29,292 bases of DNA, from contig CAMCVY010000001.1 of assembly GCA_945881995.1 (NCBI GenBank), forward strand, positions 1-29,292. Direction: 5' to 3'. The DNA comes from Bifidobacterium breve (lineage in GTDB: Bacteria; Actinomycetota; Actinomycetes; UBA12327). A model generated the notes under the pieces. The model searched no databases and was not told the DNA's origin. It saw only the letters and a list, made by a program, of their open reading frames with translations. Position 1 is the first letter of the stretch, and the number at the start of each line of letters is the position of its first letter. Positions 25,701-29,292 of the stretch are shown piece by piece. The position numbers and the translations under genes were made by a program.

Positions 25701-25850
25701 GGGCAGATATCTCTCAAGAAGTCCGGTGCATCAAGCCGTTCCCTGCTCCTGCTGCCTCGTTTCACCAATACCAAGGTGGGCAAGATCAAGATCGTGGCTT
25801 CGAATGGCAAGACGGTCCGTCTCGACGGAATCGCAATCTCGGGCTCCTAG
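19749..25850 (+). CDS. Secreted animal-type heme peroxidase (peroxidase-cyclooxygenase superfamily, MopA/PepA-like) with RTX repeats and FN3 domains
   Basis: Signal peptide ending AQA. DLQFILDQIEIAEAH, FGQFFDHGLD (distal His), TPWVDQNQTY, GDGRGNEN, EFANATYRYGHS (proximal His), RGRDTG, DLWIGGLAE and DRFYY motifs. RBS GAGGG before ATG 19749. Confidence 0.93.
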   Translation: MGMNRRIVGIVAVTAVMAATLVPLGASTAQAAPVGNGFTLTVPDLQFILDQIEIAEAHKAADKPATCTTVEGLTVANCAVPGTNPYVRGSLVTTDLADPRLVDGLRQTDGRNNNLVNGFSPWNGVRYTSSPGQSAWGSADSAFPRDTPETWRLTDTTNNSFGPVGSTYNPSSRPKNLVDPQPRVISNLISDQSAYNPAAVAAAGADISGLTTDQQKQDTQLLIENIAPDAGQSAPYNGMFTIFGQFFDHGLDLVGKTSAEAVFIPLKSDDPLYREGARNNFMVLNRTVLDANNAGTNTTTPWVDQNQTYTSAPSHQVFLRGYGCGDASSTTANCAPGSAPVATGDFLDGAITHNLANWSEIKAQAANKLGIALTDYDVTNVPLLATDEFGRFLRGPNGFPLVVLKNGTLLEGNPASPIETVNFANVAKPEDLIQRTDHAFLDDIAHGAGPKWAWNGSAWAATHNAALLNRHFVTGDGRGNENIALTAIHTVFHNEHNRLVDDIKSVVTANQGAVAGAGKFAFEDWRVGNSAGAEFNGERLFQAARFINEMEYQHLVFEEFVRKVQPETRLFGSYDPSLNPNIVAEFANATYRYGHSQLNETVDRIAADGTDTSISLIDAFLDPDDFNNVDGQVLTGDQAVGQIARGMTNQRGNEIDEFVTGALKNSLLGLPLDLGALNMSRGRDTGMPSLNGARRSYYDTTADASMTPYGSWLEFGQALRHPASLINFVAAYGTHPSVTAATTVADKRAAATLLVKGGLGEPADSAEFMTSQGAWIPVNDLATTGLEDIDLWIGGLAEQRTPAGGMLGATNDFIFRTQMEKLQESDRFYYLARIPGIGLLNQIEGNSLAEIIQRNSDAEDLPFNIFDVPSKTFNMSKSSLTYPDISVKPDGTWAYSGSDHVVFNGTAGNDGVSSGSGNDTIRGNDGDDTINGGYGDDSIIGGLGDDTLTDPSGIDVVMSGDGSDFINTGGPGLDVYLAGAGSDFTMGGGYGTEQLGGPGNDFMYGGTSADALSGDEDSDWLEGGVGDDSLSGDLAAIFGVDIAPPGDDVMIGDSGSNRINGEGGVDIMVGGTQGTNRVLGGLGFDFSTYYNPRSMAAHDAALDNFAPPLGAPDLGMQDRYKDVEALSGGDLDDILSGDNRTTMDVLDTVGDTLNASDIAKISGLNTLLGGDAAFNTGNILIGGGGSDTLQGRQGDEVIDGDAYLQVQISAPASPAITGTTSVDPSDATRVLVNSMTQLTTAVRKKNFAISQLRIVRSIKWAAHSTELDVAVYNSPRANFTLAAGPNGTLRVTDNTVGNGNEGVDTLRNMERIQFTDETVELVAPSAPQDVTATFDRVNQRVRVSWTPPVANSVLPVTGYTARVREAGTDVLVASCSTEGAGRNCDISANGSVAYDVDVVAINVVGTGVAGPNPPITLPAFVVRVPSQPLNVTGVVGNGSVALSWTAPTDDGGADVDRYVVTSTPGGTVCTVNVVAPAVAPATTCNATGLTNFRSYRFTVTAHNVVGDSLPSAQSSILVPLPQRPAAPGVISGTVGDKSVRLNWTAPSNNGGSRVFQYEVFQSPGGARVCNIVSVFGTPSTTCTVSGLTNGSNYTFTVKASNIAGTSAASSPSVTFTPRAATTQPLNVVGTPADQSITVSWDRPANDGGSAITSYTVDQAGAGQVCTVVPAAPAAEPVTSCVVSGLTNGTNYAFTVRAVNGAGTSPSSGLSTPVAPRTVVLAPTVVTTTARNAGAAISWNAPASDGGSAVTGYKVFASPGDLEVCTVNITPPFLEPATNCIASGLVNGTPYTFTVKAVNAAGDSSPSDPSAAITPDGVAPTAAMVDPSDEFQLGQTIGLTWSASDADTGVRNTDVRYFRVPVGGGTPDSWEFLVQGTTDRSATLTEAAWGYSYCFQARGHDEAGNDGDWSASKCTNVVADSRSFARSKFALKTASGYIGNTYETTTTKGAYLLSRSSQTVRQVGVVAMTCSSCGVVKVYVGATYVGQISLKKSGASSRSLLLLPRFTNTKVGKIKIVASNGKTVRLDGIAISGS
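22461..23352 (+). repeat. RTX / hemolysin-type Ca2+-binding nonapeptide repeats within the peroxidase
   Basis: GSGNDTIRG, NDGDDTING, GYGDDSIIG, GLGDDTLTD, GPGNDFMYG, GVGDDSLSG, GGGSDTLQG and others (GGxGxDxUx). Confidence 0.9.
23715..25190 (+). repeat. Five tandem fibronectin type III domains within the peroxidase
   Basis: Repeated P..V......SW.(A/P)P..(D/N)GG....Y.V...C....C...GL.NG..Y.F.V.A.N..G.S pattern. Each unit has a Cys pair. The first unit is more divergent. Confidence 0.88.
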
Positions 25851-25853
25851 GAC

Positions 25854-25880
25854 CCTCAGGCCGTTGCTGGCCTGAGGTTT
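25854..25880 (+). terminator. Intrinsic terminator of the peroxidase gene
   Basis: CCTCAGGCC-GTTGCT-GGCCTGAGG followed by TTT, 3 nt after the stop. Confidence 0.7.
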
Positions 25881-25907
25881 GCCCGAAGACTTACCGAGGG
25901 GGGGTCC

Positions 25908-25936
25908 CTGCCTAGTCAGGGACTACCCCCTAGGGT
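25908..25936 (+). promoter_or_regulatory. Probable hup promoter
   Basis: CTGCCT, 17 nt, TAGGGT. It lies within the inverted repeat at 25897-25931. Confidence 0.4.
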
Positions 25937-25984
25937 TCTAGGTAGGCACGCAGCCGTGCCACACCCGTACTCAAGGAGAAGTCT

Positions 25985-26272
25985 GTGAACCGCAGTGAAT
26001 TGGTGGCCGCTGTTGCCGCAAAGACCGGTCAGAGCGCCAAGGACGTTGACGCTGTCCTCAAGGGTTTTGCCGATGTAGTCGCATCCGAACTGGGCTCGAG
26101 CAAGAGCGCCAAGGTGAGTCTGCCTGGCTTCTTGACCTTCGAGACCGGCTTCCGCAACGCCCGTACCGCCCGTAACCCTCAGACCGGTGCTGAGATCCAG
26201 GTTGCCGCCACGCACACCGCCAAGGTGTCCGCTGGCTCAAACCTCAAGGCTGCGGCACAAAAGAACAACTAA
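25985..26272 (+). CDS. hup: HU family DNA-binding protein (short, HupA-like)
   Basis: MNRSELV, LPGFLTF and RTARNPQTG motifs. RBS AAGGAG. No Lys-rich tail. Confidence 0.95.
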   Translation: MNRSELVAAVAAKTGQSAKDVDAVLKGFADVVASELGSSKSAKVSLPGFLTFETGFRNARTARNPQTGAEIQVAATHTAKVSAGSNLKAAAQKNN

Positions 26273-26315
26273 GTTCCACCCAGCACTTCTACGCGCCGTC
26301 GAGGGCGCTCATCGC

Positions 26316-26537
26316 TTAGGCGGTGGGGTCGTCCTTGGCGGCGCGTTGCTGTGGAATCCCCTCGAGCAATTCCCGCACCTCGGATTCGCGATAGCGGCGA
26401 TGCCCACCCAGCGTGCGAATGGCCGAAATCTTTCCCGCCTTGGCCCAGCGGGTGACCGTCTTGGGGTCGACTCGGAACATCGCTGCCACTTCGGCAGGCG
26501 TGAGCAGGTTTTCTGCCTCGGACGAGTCGTGGACCAT
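26316..26537 (-). CDS. bldC: BldC family MerR-like transcriptional regulator
   Basis: LLTPAEVAAMFRVDPKTVTRWAKAGKISAIRTLGGHRRYRESEVRELL. Confidence 0.95.
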   Translation of the reverse strand: MVHDSSEAENLLTPAEVAAMFRVDPKTVTRWAKAGKISAIRTLGGHRRYRESEVRELLEGIPQQRAAKDDPTA

Positions 26538-26740
26538 TGTGTAAATCCCCCTGTAATTGATTGCTGATGCCCATCCTGCCTTACGGGCCGCGAAACTTAG
26601 GTGCTTTTGGGCGAAAGTTCCGATCCCGACCGAATTGTCTCGCCTGCCCTGAATGCGTAAAGGCGCCCTTTGAGGGTAGCCTTAGGAATGTTCCCGTAGC
26701 GGCCCATGAGGGCCACCTGAGCACATGAGGGGGTCGAGCC

Positions 26741-26929
26741 ATGGGGCGCGGCCGAGCCAAAGCCAAGCAGACCAAGGTCGCTCGCGAGTTGAAGTATGCC
26801 TCCAGCGGGACCGATTTGGACGCCCTGCAGGCGGAACTTGCTCAGTCTTCATCGCAATCGAGTGCGCCGTCTAGCGATAGCGAATCTGATGACGACACTA
26901 CCTACGAGTACGACAAGGACAACGACTAA
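26741..26929 (+). CDS. DUF3073 family protein (Rv0810c-like)
   Basis: MGRGRAKAKQTKVARELKY plus acidic tail. Conserved position next to purM. Confidence 0.95.
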   Translation: MGRGRAKAKQTKVARELKYASSGTDLDALQAELAQSSSQSSAPSSDSESDDDTTYEYDKDND

Positions 26930-26930
26930 A

Positions 26931-28025
26931 TCAGTTCGTGTAGTCGCCTTGTAGTTGAGCTGAACCGCCGCCGCCGCCCTTTGCGGGAGCATCCCCGAGT
27001 TCGCCGTCTTGGCGGTCGCGAATTTCACCGGTTACCCAGGCGCTAATTCCACGCTGGGCCAGGAGCGACAAGGCAGAATCCACACTGTCAGGCGCGGCGA
27101 TCGCCATCATGCCGATGCCCATGTTGAGCGTCTTTTCCAACTCGACGCGGTCAACATTTCCGAGGTCGCCGATGGTGGTGAATACCGCAGGTGGCGTCCA
27201 CGTACCGCGACGAAGATCGGCGTGTAGGTGGGTGGGCAAAACGCGAGCCACGTTGGCAGCGATTCCGCCACCGGTGATGTGGGTAAAGGCGCGCAGTTCA
27301 ATCGAGGCGTCGCGGGCTAGAGCCAAGCAGTCCAGTGCGTAGATTGCGGTGGGCTCGAGGAGTTCGGCACCTAGTGTTCGACCAAACTCTGGAACTTCGC
27401 GGTCAAGTTTCCAACCAGCGACAGTGAAAAAGACGTGGCGGGCCAGCGAGTAGCCATTCGAGTGCAGGCCGCTTGACGCCATAGAGATCACCACGTCGCC
27501 AGCACGAACGCGGTCTAGTCCCAAGAGCTGGTCGGCGTCGACAACCCCGGTGCCCGCTCCGGCCAGGTCGTATTCATCAGGCTCAAGCAAGCCAGGATGC
27601 TCGGCGGTTTCGCCGCCAATGAGTGCGCAACCAGCCTTTTCGCAACCGGCAGCGATTCCACTGACAATGGCCGCAATGCGTTCGGGCACGACCTTGCCAG
27701 TGGCGATGTAGTCGGTCATGAATAACGGTTCAGCGCCACACACCACGAGGTCATCAACGACCATCGCCACAAGGTCGAGCCCAATCGTGTGGTGAATATC
27801 CATGGCCTGGGCGATGGCCACTTTGGTGCCGACGCCGTCCGTCGAAGTCGCTAGTAGTGGCTTGGCATAGTTCTTTACCGCTGAGATATCAAACAAACCA
27901 GCAAAGCCACCGAAGTCGCCGACCACTTCGGGGCGCCCGGCGGCCTTGATCGAAGCCTTCATTAAGGCAACGGCGCGCTCGCCAGCTTCTACGTCAACGC
28001 CGGCTGCGGCGTACGAGGAGGTCAT
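26931..28025 (-). CDS. purM: Phosphoribosylformylglycinamidine cyclo-ligase
   Basis: YAAAGVD, TDGVGTK, GGETAEHPG, SGLHSNGYSL, HITGGG and NMGIG motifs. Confidence 0.98.
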   Translation of the reverse strand: MTSSYAAAGVDVEAGERAVALMKASIKAAGRPEVVGDFGGFAGLFDISAVKNYAKPLLATSTDGVGTKVAIAQAMDIHHTIGLDLVAMVVDDLVVCGAEPLFMTDYIATGKVVPERIAAIVSGIAAGCEKAGCALIGGETAEHPGLLEPDEYDLAGAGTGVVDADQLLGLDRVRAGDVVISMASSGLHSNGYSLARHVFFTVAGWKLDREVPEFGRTLGAELLEPTAIYALDCLALARDASIELRAFTHITGGGIAANVARVLPTHLHADLRRGTWTPPAVFTTIGDLGNVDRVELEKTLNMGIGMMAIAAPDSVDSALSLLAQRGISAWVTGEIRDRQDGELGDAPAKGGGGGSAQLQGDYTN

Positions 28026-29292
28026 GGGCGACTCAGCGCATCGCTGGCACCGCCACCTACGAGGTCAATATCAACCAACGTGGTGGTTTCGGGGGTGTTT
28101 TTGGCCGTCAGTGCTGGTTCGGGGATTTCCACGGGGTAGACACCATCGAAGCAGGCTCGACACAGATGGTCCTTCTTGATCGTCGTGGCATCAACGAGTT
28201 CCTCAAGAGAGACATACGACAGCGAATCGGCTCCGATAGAGGCCCGAATGTCATCCACCGTCAAACCGTTGGCAATCAGTTCCGCGCGGCTAGCAAAGTC
28301 GATGCCGTAAAAACAGGGCCACTTGACGGGGGGAGACGAGATCCGCACATGGACTTCGGCAGCCCCGGCTTCGCGCAGCATGCGCACGAGCGCACGTTGG
28401 GTGTTGCCACGCACGATGGAGTCGTCAACAACGACGAGGCGTTTGCCTTCGATGACATCGCGCAACGGATTGAGCTTGAGACGAATACCCAGTTGCCTAA
28501 TCGTTTGGCTGGGTTGAATAAAGGTGCGACCAACGTAGGCGTTCTTGACCAACCCTTGAGCGTAGACGATGCCGCTTTCTTGCGAGTAGCCAATGGCGGC
28601 CGGGGTGCCAGACTCGGGAACGGGAATAACTAGGTCTGCTTCGACCGGTGCTTCACGTGCGAGCCTGCGTCCGACTTCGACGCGCACTTCGTTGACGCTG
28701 ACACCGGCGATGGTGGTATCTGGTCGAGCCAGATACACGTATTCAAACAGGCATCCCTTGGGTTCAGGTTTGGCAAAGCGTTGCGAACGCAAACCATTTT
28801 CGTCAATAGCGATCAGTTCGCCGGCTTCAATCTCGCGCACGAAGCTCGCGCCGACGATGTCCAAGGCCGCTGTCTCACTAGCCACCACCCAGCCGCGCTC
28901 AAGGCGACCGAGAACCATGGGGCGAATTCCCTGTGGGTCCCGGGCCGCGTACAGGGTGTTTTCATCCATAAAGACCAAGCAGAAGGCACCGCGCAGTTGG
29001 GGCAGCACCTCCATCGCAGACGATTCCATGGAGCGTTCTGGGTGAGCGGCCATCAAGGCCGCGATCAGGTCGGTGTCGTTGGTAGCTTTGGGAGTAGTGG
29101 AAAAACTCCCAGGGAAATTTAATTCACCGGTGTTACGCAAGTTATCGAGAATTTGTGCCAGGTCACCGGTGTTGGTCAAGTTGCCGTTATGGCCAAGAGC
29201 GATACTTCCGGTTGCTGTTGCGCGGAAGGTGGGTTGTGCGTTTTCCCACACCGATGCACCGGTCGTGGAGTAGCGCGTATGGCCGATCGCTA
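28022..29292 (-). CDS. purF: Amidophosphoribosyltransferase (5' part outside the window)
   Basis: IGHTRYSTTG, HNGNLTN, CLFEYVYLARPD, VVVDDSIVRGNT and CFYGIDF motifs. The frame is open to the window edge. Confidence 0.98.
   Translation of the reverse strand, partial: AIGHTRYSTTGASVWENAQPTFRATATGSIALGHNGNLTNTGDLAQILDNLRNTGELNFPGSFSTTPKATNDTDLIAALMAAHPERSMESSAMEVLPQLRGAFCLVFMDENTLYAARDPQGIRPMVLGRLERGWVVASETAALDIVGASFVREIEAGELIAIDENGLRSQRFAKPEPKGCLFEYVYLARPDTTIAGVSVNEVRVEVGRRLAREAPVEADLVIPVPESGTPAAIGYSQESGIVYAQGLVKNAYVGRTFIQPSQTIRQLGIRLKLNPLRDVIEGKRLVVVDDSIVRGNTQRALVRMLREAGAAEVHVRISSPPVKWPCFYGIDFASRAELIANGLTVDDIRASIGADSLSYVSLEELVDATTIKKDHLCRACFDGVYPVEIPEPALTAKNTPETTTLVDIDLVGGGASDALSRP

Noticed and set aside
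25924-25936. TACCCCCTAGGGT as a CsoR-like copper operator
   Set aside because: Only half of the palindrome fits, no copper genes are adjacent, and TAGGGT is explained as a -10 element.
19619-25984. tRNA-Phe-anchored genomic island carrying the peroxidase
   Set aside because: I found no duplicated tRNA 3' end, integrase or obvious compositional shift by eye. Synteny comparison would be needed.
1-29292. CRISPR arrays, IS elements, rRNA, and the many short overlapping ORFs in the track
   Set aside because: No spaced direct repeats, transposase motifs or rRNA signatures were seen. The short ORFs are shadow frames of supported genes.

Overview
Window from an Actinomycetota chromosome. The taxon is inferred from the purF-purM-DUF3073-bldC synteny, the Lys/Glu/Asp/Phe tRNA cluster and TAnnnT-type promoters. 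From left to right: (i) a coupled plus-strand operon encoding a tandem-duplicated calycin-like barrel protein, an NOL/NYC1-like SDR, a multi-TM membrane protein and an Asp/Glu-racemase-fold protein lacking both catalytic Cys; (ii) a convergent LIV-type ABC importer of unusual build, with two paralogous lipoprotein SBPs flanking an MFS-LivF fusion and a LivH-LivM-LivG fusion; (iii) a split actinobacterial WxL/DUF916-like surface system (DUF916-like anchor plus neocarzinostatin-fold membrane protein, facing a Cys-containing secreted protein plus WxL-like protein), with an ABM protein and a methylesterase between the halves; (iv) sua5, tRNA-Lys, a VOC protein and tRNA-Glu/Asp/Phe; (v) a ~2030-aa signal-peptide-bearing animal-type heme peroxidase (MopA/PepA-like) with RTX repeats and five FN3 domains; (vi) core genes hup, bldC, DUF3073, purM and 5'-truncated purF. 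No CRISPR array, transposase or integrase was seen. All family assignments come from motifs recognised by eye, not from database searches.
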